This document shows positions 15,201-23,171 of a stretch of 25,496 nucleotides of DNA, one piece after another. Within the stretch, counting starts at the first letter, position 1. The number at the start of each line of letters is the position of its first letter. The translations under genes and the position numbers were made by a program. This DNA is from a virus (lineage: Duplodnaviria > Caudoviricetes): the IMG/VR virus record IMGVR_UViG_3300031519_006695, positions 1 to 25,496 of that record; one strand, 5' to 3'. Under the pieces are notes generated by a model. The model saw nothing but the letters and a program-made list of their open reading frames with translations, made no database searches and was not told the origin of the DNA.

Positions 15201-18200
15201 TCAGTATTTTGAAAATCAATACTACGGTATGTTACATTATCGTTTTCATCAAAGTTAATAGCTGTATTTGGTCTAACATTAAGAGTTGCTGGATCAGTTA
15301 TTCCATTAAATATATGAGATTTAACATTTCTTATTTTTACTAGTGTACTATCTGATATAGTTGCTTGTATTGTTCCAAAGAAATCTGCTGCCTGTGCAGA
15401 GTCAACAGCTATATCAAGTTTATAAACAATATTATTAATTAATCCTGGGCCAGTTGCACTTGCGAAAGATACAACATTAAAAGTTAATGACGCACCGCCT
15501 CCACTGCCTAGTTGGCTATCTAATACAGTAATAGTTTGAGAATCAAGATAGTTTTCACCTGGTCTGTTTATTACAATTGCTGCTGCACCGGAACCGTTAA
15601 TTGTAATATTAAATGATGCGCCACCACCTGTAACTGTACCTGCAGATACGTATGCAGTAAATCCAGTGCCGTCAACTGTAGTAGTTAATGCTTCATCTGT
15701 ATAAAGTTGGAAAGTTGTATCAGTTACTCGCTTTGAATAATATGTGTTAGTATTCAATTCTGTCATACCGCTAACACTAGCAATTACAATTTTAGAACCA
15801 TCTCTTAGTCTATGGTCAGCTGTTGTTGTAACAACAACTGGATTAGCTTGAGTTGCTCCACTTATAACTTTAACAGAGCCACCTGTACCTTGTACGTTGG
15901 TGTATGTTCCAGCTGTTCTAGCAGCATCTGCTGCCCCTATAGTGTTTACTGTTGTAACACCAGTAACCATAGTATCGCCAAATTCACCGTAGTTACCATC
16001 ATTACTTATATCTGACAAACAAGACACTGTATTAATAAGGTAATTAAGTGTTCCTGTGGCGCCACCGTGTGCAACAGTAATATGTGAATTATTCATTGGC
16101 GGAACAAGCACATCAGTAATATAAATGCTTGTTTCACTTATTGCATTTGGTGTAGTTGTAGTAGTAACAATTTTTGCAGGCTGTTCTGTTTTATCTTGCA
16201 ATGTTACTTGATCTGGAATTTCGTTTGGATCACTTCCTTCTGCAACTAATCCAAAGTTACCGTAGCCATTAGAACAGTTTAATGCCCTAATTTCTGATCC
16301 ATTAAATGCATAAAATGCAGCATGGTTATAATATGTAAATGTTGATACTTGTTCCGACACAGCACCGTTATTACAAATTAATCCATAACCTAAATCGTTA
16401 ATTTGTGTGAAGTTTTGTGCTAGTAATGATCTATTACCTGAAGTTTGAAGGAAAATATCTTTGGCATATAATCCATCACTAAACTGTGCTTCATCGTAAC
16501 CAGTTCCGCTGTTTGAGTCTGCATCTAAGTAAATCTTACACCAACCATTGCCACTATCATAATCAGATATTGCATTAATTTGATATCTTCTACCTTCTAC
16601 ATAAAACGGACACGGTAATAATGGTGCCCTTAAAAATAATCCCTCTCCTGGAAGACTTCTTATCCAAAGAGTAAAGTTATTAACCTTTCCGTTTTGGGAG
16701 CCACCTAACGCTGCTCCTGGATCAATTGTTGTTGGAATATAAACAGGAAGGTTTGCTACGTATGCATCAATATACATTCCGCCAGCAAATGTCTTTTTGT
16801 TTTGACTTTTAGAAAAACTAGAACATGCAAAAATATAGGGCGACTTAGTTAAAATTTGTCCTTCAGGGTCAAGTACACACATAAATCCGCCATGTCCTTG
16901 TGCTGACACGTTAGTAATAATAGTAGAATCGTTCATTAAGAACAAGTCCATAGCATCATTTCGTTTTGGAGGATTATAATTATTATTAAATGCGTAAGTA
17001 ATTCTACCAATTAAATTTGTTGCTATAGATCCAGTTCCTGATTCACCCGCTCCGCCTGTAAGTACTGGAGGAGCATATCCTGCTGCAGCCTGATTTTGTA
17101 AAATACTACCTGAAGCATATGTTCCAGCCATTAATAAATTAGCAACTGCTCCTACTTTTGTAATAGCGTCTCTTGTAATTGCTTCTTGTCCTAAGAAACC
17201 TGCTGATGCCCATCTGCTGATATAATTATAATAATATTCTCCTGCCGCAGCAGTAACAAACTCTGCACCTCCTCGAATAAGATCTTTTTGTATTGAGTCT
17301 ACAATTAAGCCAACATCTCTTCTACATTTTGTTGCATTGTAAGTAAAGTTAACAAAATTATCATCTACAAAAGTAATTGTACTATTTTGTATTGTTGCTA
17401 TCTCTGAAATAATTGCTGTTCTTGCAGCAGTAAATTGCGATGCAGCCCAAGTAACACTTGGAAGGGTTTCACTCGGTAATCCTGATGTACTATTTGCTGT
17501 AACAACATCTTCCATAACTTGTAGTAAGCTACTAAATTCAGCTTGCTCTGATGTTGACGCTGCTTCTAATGTTGTATTTTGTACTACACCAGATTGCAAG
17601 TTTGCTACAATATTATCAACAAGTACTACTTCGCCAATAGTTGACAAATAATTAAGTGCTCCAGTAACTGCTGTTCGTTGAGCAGCATCAGTAGTCCATT
17701 GTTCAGTAGCACCGTTGTACCAGCTCTGTGCAACTTTTCTTACTGCACTATTTCCGCCGTACTGTATATCATAACTTGTTGCATCAATTGCTCTACCAAT
17801 TTCAAATTTAAGTCTTGTACTATCTAATGCCGCTCCGGCATGATTACTAGTAACCCACTGTGCTATTTCTGCTTGTAAGAATAAGTTGTTAGCTTGTAAT
17901 TGCTTTCTTGCTTTTGTTGCATCTACATCAACGTCTACGCCTGCCGAAGTTATAGGATAATCAAATTCTATTGTATTTGCAGATGTGCCAGTGTTAGTTG
18001 TACCGTTAGAGATAATATCAATTATTTCATTAATTGAATCATCTAATCTAGCAATACCTTCTGGAGACAATTTAACATTTGATAGTTGTCTTACCAAATA
18101 ACCAATATATCTAATGCTACTAATTGTAGCTTCTTTATTTGCACCAACTGCAATTGCTTGAGCTGTTTGTTGATAATGCAATCCTCTTTCAATCGCATTG

Positions 18201-20947
18201 TAATTAGTATTCAATGCCATGTCATTGGCTATTGCATTTAAAATTAAATCAGTTCTTGTTCGCCAAACTGACTCAGTATAAGTTATATTTGGAGCATTTG
18301 CTGTAATATAAGAAATTACTTCTTCTTGAATAAATGCTTTATTAAGTCTTATAATTTCTGCGGCAGTTGTGTAACTACCTACGTTAGTAATAGTTGGTCC
18401 AATTGATACAGGCCTATCAGCATCTACCAAATAATGGTAACCAAAGTATCCTTGTTTTACATTTGATTGATTATAAAAAGGAGTTCCTGTAACTGCTGTG
18501 CTTAATCCATCAAATTCTGTATCTCTGTAAAAGTATGTATTTGCCCATACTGATTGTGAAGCTCGATTTTTAGGGCGAACAATAACTCGTCTATAATCAT
18601 CACCTTTTACTGAAACGTTTGCTGGCACCCTGAGAGGATAATCTTCTTCGTATACTCCAGACTCGATCATAACAGTAATTTGTTTACTTCTACTAGTATT
18701 TCCGTAAAGTATACTTTCTCCAACTTCAAAGTCTTTAGGCAATAATAACTGTATTTGAATTGTGTCATTATTTCCATTACCAGAATCGTTTGAAGTAAGA
18801 CTTACTATCTTACCAACTGCTCCTGACAATGACCCTGTTATAATTTTTCCTGGTAGTAAGTCATTATTAGTTGAAATACCTTGGTCTACATAGTTAAGTG
18901 AACCGTTGTTTACTACAACTTTATAGTTACTACCAAACACTTCATCCGAGCCTGAATTAATTCCATTGGTAATAATGTTAGTAATAAGATCAAATTTTGC
19001 ACCAACTGCTACCCTTGCTGTTGAATCACCGTCTCCGCCTGCATTTGTCCAACGGTCTACTTCTGTTTGATAAATTACGCCAGTTTTACCTGTTGTAAAT
19101 GCAGAGTATCCTGAAGTTGTACTAAATGGTACAAGTAACGCCTCGTCAGTAAACAATTCAAATGTTTGATCAGTTAATACTTTAACATATGCAGTTTTGT
19201 TATTAATTTCTGTCATGCCGCCGGAAACTACAAATGTTACTTGGTTTTTATCTGCAAGCCCGTGATTAGTTGATGTTCCAACTACTGCTGGAGATGCTAT
19301 AGTAATACTCGCTACAGTTTTTTCGTTATACAAATCTTGTTGTAATAATGCAGTAACTAAGTCTTTCTTAAAAGAAATAGACGCTAGTGTTTGTGTTAGC
19401 TGAGTTGTGATTGCTTTTCTAGCACTTGCACTAGAATAATATCTTTCTGCCGCAGCTCTAGTTAATGTATTAGCGTTTAATCCTCGATTAATATCTAGTG
19501 CAATAGAATCTAATATTAATCCTGAATCTCTTTCACATAACTCAATATCATAAACAAAAGTAGGATATGTAAATTTTAAAAATCCTGTTAATTCTTTAAT
19601 AATAAAGTTTTTATTTTGTTCTATAATAAGTCTTGTTTGTTCAAATACTGGAGAAACAACATCTGCAACTGTAACCTCTGCAAAACTAGAACCGCTATCT
19701 TTTGTAATTATTTGTTTGTAAGGTGAAGTATCTGCTGTTGCTGGAGAAGATGCTTTAATTAATTCGTCTGCTCTTGCCATAGCTGCGCCAATAGTTCTGT
19801 ATGCGTATGTTAGTGCAGTACCTTCCTTACCAGGTGGTACACTGATCATTCTGTCGTCGCCAGTAGTACTCACAAATAAGTTTGTTGAACTTGAATAAGC
19901 TGTATTATCAACATAATATTTTGTTGCAGCTTGCATATCTTCGTCGCCATTTGGTTTACCTGCGCCTGCAAGTTCGCCTGGATGATCATGTAGATACAAT
20001 TCTCCAGTCATTTCGTCACCTTGTCGACGAACAATACTCTTACGTGGCAATGCAACATTATCTAAGAAATTCCCAGCTAACGTAGAATCATAAGTAACAT
20101 CAACTAACGTATGAACATCAGTAACTGCAATAGTTCCTGATACTGCTACTTTAGTTAAATTAGAAACATCTAAGTTTGACGCTGCAGCACTAGCTGCAGA
20201 TGTATGTAGTGTAAAGTTATTTGCATCAACTCGACGTATATAATAAGTTGTGCCTGTAGTTAGTCCTGATGGTGCAGCGTCTTCAGCATTAAATTTATAA
20301 GCTGTTCCGTTTATACTAGTGTCGTATCCATGACTAAGAACTTCTAAGTTATTGTTTAAATATCTATTAATTGTTAGTGTATATTGTGTTACTGTTGCAG
20401 GCTCGTCCGCAATACGAACTGGAGTAGTTCCTGTACTATCACTGATAATATAACGTTGGTCCGCATAGCCTTTATTAATAACTAAATCGTCAATTGTTAC
20501 TGTAGCATCACCATGACTGGAAGCATATAAAGCCGCCGCTGCATCAGAAACTGTTACTTTTGCTATTGGACTTCCGTTAGCTGACATTGGTCCACCTAAT
20601 GTAGGTGTTAAGTCGTCTGACATTTCAGTAAATGCTGTTGAAATTATAAGTTTTCCAGCTATATTATAGCTAAACACAATAGTATCTGATGCGCCGCCAC
20701 CTAGTGCTGCATTTGAAGCAAGTGTTGCTAATTGTACTGATGTACCTGCATCGTTTACTAACGGAATAGTATTTGGTGTAAGTTCATCTGGAGTATCTGC
20801 TAATGCTGTAAAATTAATTGTGCCGCCTTGGCCAAATACTGCATATAGTTCCGAAAAGTTTTCATTACTTTTACGAAACGATTCTCTAATACTATCGCCG
20901 GTGCCGTCATTACCTTCTACACCAATGTTTACTTCTTGTCTTGCCAT
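12245..20947 (-). CDS. Giant mosaic virion fibre/spike protein, 2900 aa
   Basis: N-terminal gp9/gp10-like NDGTGDSIRESFRKSNENFSELY and AATKYYVD/ATNKNYVD fibre motifs. Interrupted beta-helix motifs (LFVSTTGDD; IESGVYEE..LRVPANVSVKGD), four helical repeats and FCCH-like repeats (ISGATQANPVVVTT). C-terminal ADLAEKY...VVGVVST.P...IALTGRVPCKV resembles a Peptidase_G2-like intramolecular chaperone. Confidence 0.8.
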   Translation of the reverse strand: MARQEVNIGVEGNDGTGDSIRESFRKSNENFSELYAVFGQGGTINFTALADTPDELTPNTIPLVNDAGTSVQLATLASNAALGGGASDTIVFSYNIAGKLIISTAFTEMSDDLTPTLGGPMSANGSPIAKVTVSDAAAALYASSHGDATVTIDDLVINKGYADQRYIISDSTGTTPVRIADEPATVTQYTLTINRYLNNNLEVLSHGYDTSINGTAYKFNAEDAAPSGLTTGTTYYIRRVDANNFTLHTSAASAAASNLDVSNLTKVAVSGTIAVTDVHTLVDVTYDSTLAGNFLDNVALPRKSIVRRQGDEMTGELYLHDHPGELAGAGKPNGDEDMQAATKYYVDNTAYSSSTNLFVSTTGDDRMISVPPGKEGTALTYAYRTIGAAMARADELIKASSPATADTSPYKQIITKDSGSSFAEVTVADVVSPVFEQTRLIIEQNKNFIIKELTGFLKFTYPTFVYDIELCERDSGLILDSIALDINRGLNANTLTRAAAERYYSSASARKAITTQLTQTLASISFKKDLVTALLQQDLYNEKTVASITIASPAVVGTSTNHGLADKNQVTFVVSGGMTEINNKTAYVKVLTDQTFELFTDEALLVPFSTTSGYSAFTTGKTGVIYQTEVDRWTNAGGDGDSTARVAVGAKFDLITNIITNGINSGSDEVFGSNYKVVVNNGSLNYVDQGISTNNDLLPGKIITGSLSGAVGKIVSLTSNDSGNGNNDTIQIQLLLPKDFEVGESILYGNTSRSKQITVMIESGVYEEDYPLRVPANVSVKGDDYRRVIVRPKNRASQSVWANTYFYRDTEFDGLSTAVTGTPFYNQSNVKQGYFGYHYLVDADRPVSIGPTITNVGSYTTAAEIIRLNKAFIQEEVISYITANAPNITYTESVWRTRTDLILNAIANDMALNTNYNAIERGLHYQQTAQAIAVGANKEATISSIRYIGYLVRQLSNVKLSPEGIARLDDSINEIIDIISNGTTNTGTSANTIEFDYPITSAGVDVDVDATKARKQLQANNLFLQAEIAQWVTSNHAGAALDSTRLKFEIGRAIDATSYDIQYGGNSAVRKVAQSWYNGATEQWTTDAAQRTAVTGALNYLSTIGEVVLVDNIVANLQSGVVQNTTLEAASTSEQAEFSSLLQVMEDVVTANSTSGLPSETLPSVTWAASQFTAARTAIISEIATIQNSTITFVDDNFVNFTYNATKCRRDVGLIVDSIQKDLIRGGAEFVTAAAGEYYYNYISRWASAGFLGQEAITRDAITKVGAVANLLMAGTYASGSILQNQAAAGYAPPVLTGGAGESGTGSIATNLIGRITYAFNNNYNPPKRNDAMDLFLMNDSTIITNVSAQGHGGFMCVLDPEGQILTKSPYIFACSSFSKSQNKKTFAGGMYIDAYVANLPVYIPTTIDPGAALGGSQNGKVNNFTLWIRSLPGEGLFLRAPLLPCPFYVEGRRYQINAISDYDSGNGWCKIYLDADSNSGTGYDEAQFSDGLYAKDIFLQTSGNRSLLAQNFTQINDLGYGLICNNGAVSEQVSTFTYYNHAAFYAFNGSEIRALNCSNGYGNFGLVAEGSDPNEIPDQVTLQDKTEQPAKIVTTTTTPNAISETSIYITDVLVPPMNNSHITVAHGGATGTLNYLINTVSCLSDISNDGNYGEFGDTMVTGVTTVNTIGAADAARTAGTYTNVQGTGGSVKVISGATQANPVVVTTTADHRLRDGSKIVIASVSGMTELNTNTYYSKRVTDTTFQLYTDEALTTTVDGTGFTAYVSAGTVTGGGASFNITINGSGAAAIVINRPGENYLDSQTITVLDSQLGSGGGASLTFNVVSFASATGPGLINNIVYKLDIAVDSAQAADFFGTIQATISDSTLVKIRNVKSHIFNGITDPATLNVRPNTAINFDENDNVTYRSIDFQNTDAYGVPVGANSIYTTLDTEFETLNITTNILNLQGFGDAQGATVIAINQLTNSSDITRITRDLAGLQPGDGGYAGGMIFTHNGKTHQVTNYESDSTVGYITIADIAGTNINSSYAGTGINSAFSTSVGELIKLGIVGASTAELTVSISLVRATGHDFTNIGTGSFNDSNYPNIILGKAENSLAEFYTSASSSTASQVWERRKGRVFFVSTDQYGFFRVGKFFSVDQATGLITFSGEIGLSNANALGFTKGVTINEFSADETMADESGSAVPTEKSVVAYLNRRLGGTVGGSQVAAAPGGNRIGAGYVPLDGAWPMEGTLQMGTNLVTGVANPGTDGTAATNKNYVDARVGEFDTLEKLRSVEINNPAKDDLIVATGRKRIYISPPSGGTWTAGDTIQLVGNAAINGTIIDIETTTDQILGTVGNSYSVSIVSYTAVAGTFSLGNSLTNLTATATVLTEPMDEFSNGVEASGSDINITATRTASETEIDLQIAAGAIINADVNASAAIAQSKLSLTSADTFDEDNATTGWAGSATKVQADLGLAKFSDENFETTSGYVRIKSGGIAVTELTTISSGSVLGRTTAGIGNVQEITFANALVAGGGLVDNDFTNTITSTDAGFPGAVLVKLSSGNYGVSTVSTSSTGDTIVRRKTSGAIQANSFIIGGTDTYEILSESSGTLTLKTPAQGTILTATGGSVSPSVTYPVVNIPGNVDIGATGISTQSTFQAGSSYTANSFAAVDWTYTNFIEANSERDATGTGIGLGAGTGFAGAAADVIQVITGGAVRVQVADATTTITNNFAVEGNTTLGNGATDTVTITGRVNADILPNADNTINLGQAGGTPLKFNTIYATTFSGTATTARYADLAEKYLADAVYEPGTVVVLGGAEEITIASVKDDHRVVGVVSTNPAYLMNSELDGNYPTDIALTGRVPCKVFGIIEKGDILVASAVPGYAVVNNNPRPGTVIGKSLENKSDNGKNTIEIIVGKV

Positions 20948-20959
20948 TATTATACTCCG

Positions 20960-21322
20960 TTATATTGCTGGCTGTGCCAACTTGTCTACGTCAAAATTCA
21001 CACTTACTCCACAACCGCATGCTGATTGTGCGTTTGGATTGTTAACTTGGAAAGTTGCACCCATTATATCTTTAACATAATCTATTTCTGTACCTATCAT
21101 AAACATTACCGCTGTAGCTCCAACTACAAATTTACCTGTATCTGAATCAATAACTACATCGTTTGCTTCTAGGTCAGCTTCTGTTGCTACAGCCGCCCAA
21201 TCGTATTCAAAGCCGGCACAACCGCCACCTTTTAAGTTAAGACTAACTGCATAGCTGTCTGTTTCTTGACATATGCTATCAATCTGTGCTTTTGCAGTAT
21301 CTGTTAATGTACAAATTGTCAT
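20960..21322 (-). CDS. A-type Fe-S cluster carrier protein (IscA/SufA/ErpA, HesB family)
   Basis: LTDTAK, LKGGGCAGFEYDW, GTEIDY and NPNAQSACGCGVS. All three conserved cysteines are present. Confidence 0.93.
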   Translation of the reverse strand: MTICTLTDTAKAQIDSICQETDSYAVSLNLKGGGCAGFEYDWAAVATEADLEANDVVIDSDTGKFVVGATAVMFMIGTEIDYVKDIMGATFQVNNPNAQSACGCGVSVNFDVDKLAQPAI

Positions 21323-21342
21323 TTGATTTCCTTACTATATTG

Positions 21343-21350
21343 TATTTATA
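21343..21350 (-). promoter_or_regulatory. T4-type late promoter TATAAATA upstream of the IscA-like gene
   Basis: Exact consensus 20 nt upstream of the ATG at 21322, with a TAAGGA SD in between. Confidence 0.7.
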
Positions 21351-21370
21351 TTTTAATTTTATAATCTTTA

Positions 21371-21378
21371 TGTAAATA
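21371..21378 (+). promoter_or_regulatory. Late-promoter-like TGTAAATA for the divergent plus-strand gene
   Basis: Lies 5 nt before the ATG at 21384. No SD is visible. Confidence 0.4.
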
Positions 21379-21383
21379 TAGTT

Positions 21384-21671
21384 ATGTTTATTAAAGAATT
21401 TCAACAAGAAACCCGGCATGTCCGTAAGAGCAAAACCGGCAAGGAACATACCTATACACGCAATGTTACTATATGTGTATTTAGGTGTGATAACTGTGAT
21501 GCAGAATTTCAACGTGCTAGAGGAAGTATGGATCCTAAACGTCTAAGTAATTCGTACTTTCACGTATGTAAGAACTGTAATAGTAAGAAATTTGCTCAGA
21601 AGAAAGGCGTAGAGCAGAAGCAAAAATGGAATATGACTGCTTCTAGTAGTATTCCTGTTGGTAAACTTTAG
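21384..21671 (+). CDS. Small basic protein with two CxxC motifs (putative zinc ribbon), 95 aa
   Basis: FRCDNCDAEF...HVCKNC, K/R-rich. It occupies an otherwise empty gap. Confidence 0.75.
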   Translation: MFIKEFQQETRHVRKSKTGKEHTYTRNVTICVFRCDNCDAEFQRARGSMDPKRLSNSYFHVCKNCNSKKFAQKKGVEQKQKWNMTASSSIPVGKL

Positions 21672-21838
21672 GTTTCTTTTTTGTAAAGTGTCCAGGCTCC
21701 ATATGCAATTGCTGCATATGCAATTAGACTTGCAATTGTTTGCCCTAAGATAAGATACGCGATACCAGCACCAATTAGAACTGCACCGTCTACTGTTGTA
21801 CGCTCGTTTAAACGAGCATTAATCCATTTTTTAATCAT
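21668..21838 (-). CDS. Small two-TM membrane protein (holin-like topology), 56 aa
   Basis: Not in the ORF track. Manual translation: MIKKWINARLNERTTVDGAVLIGAGIAYLILGQTIASLIAYAAIAYGAWTLYKKET. An AGGAG SD lies upstream and the ORF exactly fills the gap. Confidence 0.75.
   Translation of the reverse strand: MIKKWINARLNERTTVDGAVLIGAGIAYLILGQTIASLIAYAAIAYGAWTLYKKET
21802..21817. repeat. Perfect 16-bp palindrome GCTCGTTTAAACGAGC
   Basis: Read directly from the sequence. It lies about 20 nt inside the small membrane protein gene. Confidence 0.8.
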
Positions 21839-22121
21839 TGGAAATTCTCCTTGCTTGTAAAGTTCCTAACGAAGTTTCAACTCGCATTAATTTACGGTTT
21901 ATTACTGTTATAGCTGCTCGTTGACTGCGAAGTTGTTCTTCTAAACTCTGTACGTATCTCTGAGTTGGGATTTTGTTTTCTAGTCCGTTTTCACTTACCA
22001 TCAAAATGTGGTCAACTCCTTGACCTTTTAATCCACCTGTTACTCTATTAGGATTTTTATCCGAAGACGGTGTCTCTTGTGTCTTCTTTTGATTTCCGTA
22101 CATCTTGTTTAGATAATTCAT
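21831..22121 (-). CDS. Hypothetical protein with a C-terminal coiled coil, 96 aa (start revised from 22154 to 22121)
   Basis: The ATG at 22121 is preceded by an AAAGGA SD and a TATAAATA motif. The sequence is MNYLNKMYG...KNPNRVTGGLKGQG...YVQSLEEQLRSQRAAI. Confidence 0.7.
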   Translation of the reverse strand: MNYLNKMYGNQKKTQETPSSDKNPNRVTGGLKGQGVDHILMVSENGLENKIPTQRYVQSLEEQLRSQRAAITVINRKLMRVETSLGTLQARRISND

Positions 22122-23142
22122 TCGTTGTTCCTTTGTAGTATTTATATAGATCAATGCTGGCTAAATTTTTACATTTAGCTTCTACCATAATATCTGCATA
22201 GTCTAAGAATGTTAATGCCCAATCATTAACACTACTATTCCACATATGATCACTATGTGCTCTCAGTTTCGCTTTTTTGTATCCTTGTGATTCCAAGGAT
22301 CGAAAATCTGGTCTAACTCTTTTGCTATGTAGTGAGAGAAGATCCTCTCTGCTAACACTATAATGAATAGTAGGCCGAACACCCCTCCAACTATCAATGA
22401 TACGTTTAAATCGGTCGTCTGTTGCACTTATATATTCTCCTTCTCTACACCAGTGATGATGGATATCTAACACCAAAGCGAGATCGTTTGCAAGCTCAAG
22501 ACTGTCTTTGATACCCCATTTGTTTTCGTCGTTTTCGATTGTAATACAGTTTCGTGCCTCTGGTGAGAGGCGTTTAAGTGCGGCTTTGATACCGGCTGGA
22601 CCTTGTCTACCTGATATGTGGACATTGCACTTGAAATCTTGAAATTTGCGGCCGTAGCCCATCCACCTAATGATGTCCGTATGATACTCAAATTCTTCTA
22701 TGCTCCTATCAACAATATCTGGGCTGTCACTAGCAAGTACAGTAAATTGCCCAGGATGCATAGAGAGGCGAACATCCAGCAAACGAGCTTGTTCTCCAAC
22801 CCTTGCAAATTCCCGTTCGCAATAGCTAATAACAGCAGGGAGTTTCCAATAATAAGACCACTGATGGTGAGTGTATACAGGAAGGCAATCACTGCCAAGT
22901 CGTACCATTCTAAGTTCATCAGGTAATCCTCCTACATAATCAATCAAGTTGTAGTACGATTGAATGTTATGCACCATAATGTCCCACAACCTTTGTTCTG
23001 CTACATCACGAGTCTGTCTATTCAACCACTGTACTGTAGTTGACTTTGTATTTAGTGGACGCTGTATTTCTTCAAGTATTTTTTTCTTTTGCGTTTGATC
23101 CGGGTGCATGTACTTGCATGCAAATCCTATACGTTTAATCAT
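22057..23142 (-). CDS. uvsE: UV damage endonuclease (UvsE/UVDE)
   Basis: RIGFACK, MVRLGSD, VRLSMHPGQFTVLAS, NVHISG, ITIENDE, LVLDIHHHW, PTIHYS, RAHSD and DIMVEAKCKNLA are the standard UvsE motifs in order. Confidence 0.95.
   Translation of the reverse strand: MIKRIGFACKYMHPDQTQKKKILEEIQRPLNTKSTTVQWLNRQTRDVAEQRLWDIMVHNIQSYYNLIDYVGGLPDELRMVRLGSDCLPVYTHHQWSYYWKLPAVISYCEREFARVGEQARLLDVRLSMHPGQFTVLASDSPDIVDRSIEEFEYHTDIIRWMGYGRKFQDFKCNVHISGRQGPAGIKAALKRLSPEARNCITIENDENKWGIKDSLELANDLALVLDIHHHWCREGEYISATDDRFKRIIDSWRGVRPTIHYSVSREDLLSLHSKRVRPDFRSLESQGYKKAKLRAHSDHMWNSSVNDWALTFLDYADIMVEAKCKNLASIDLYKYYKGTTNELSKQDVRKSKEDTRDTVFG
22139..22146 (-). promoter_or_regulatory. T4-type late promoter TATAAATA inside the uvsE 3' end
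   Basis: Exact consensus 17 nt upstream of the ATG at 22121. Confidence 0.6.
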
Positions 23143-23171
23143 GTTTGTGCCTATACGTTTTATTTAAATAT

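Noticed and set aside
22122-22154. ORF-track start at 22154 for the 107-aa ORF
   Set aside because: The promoter motif and SD lie downstream of it and point to the ATG at 22121.
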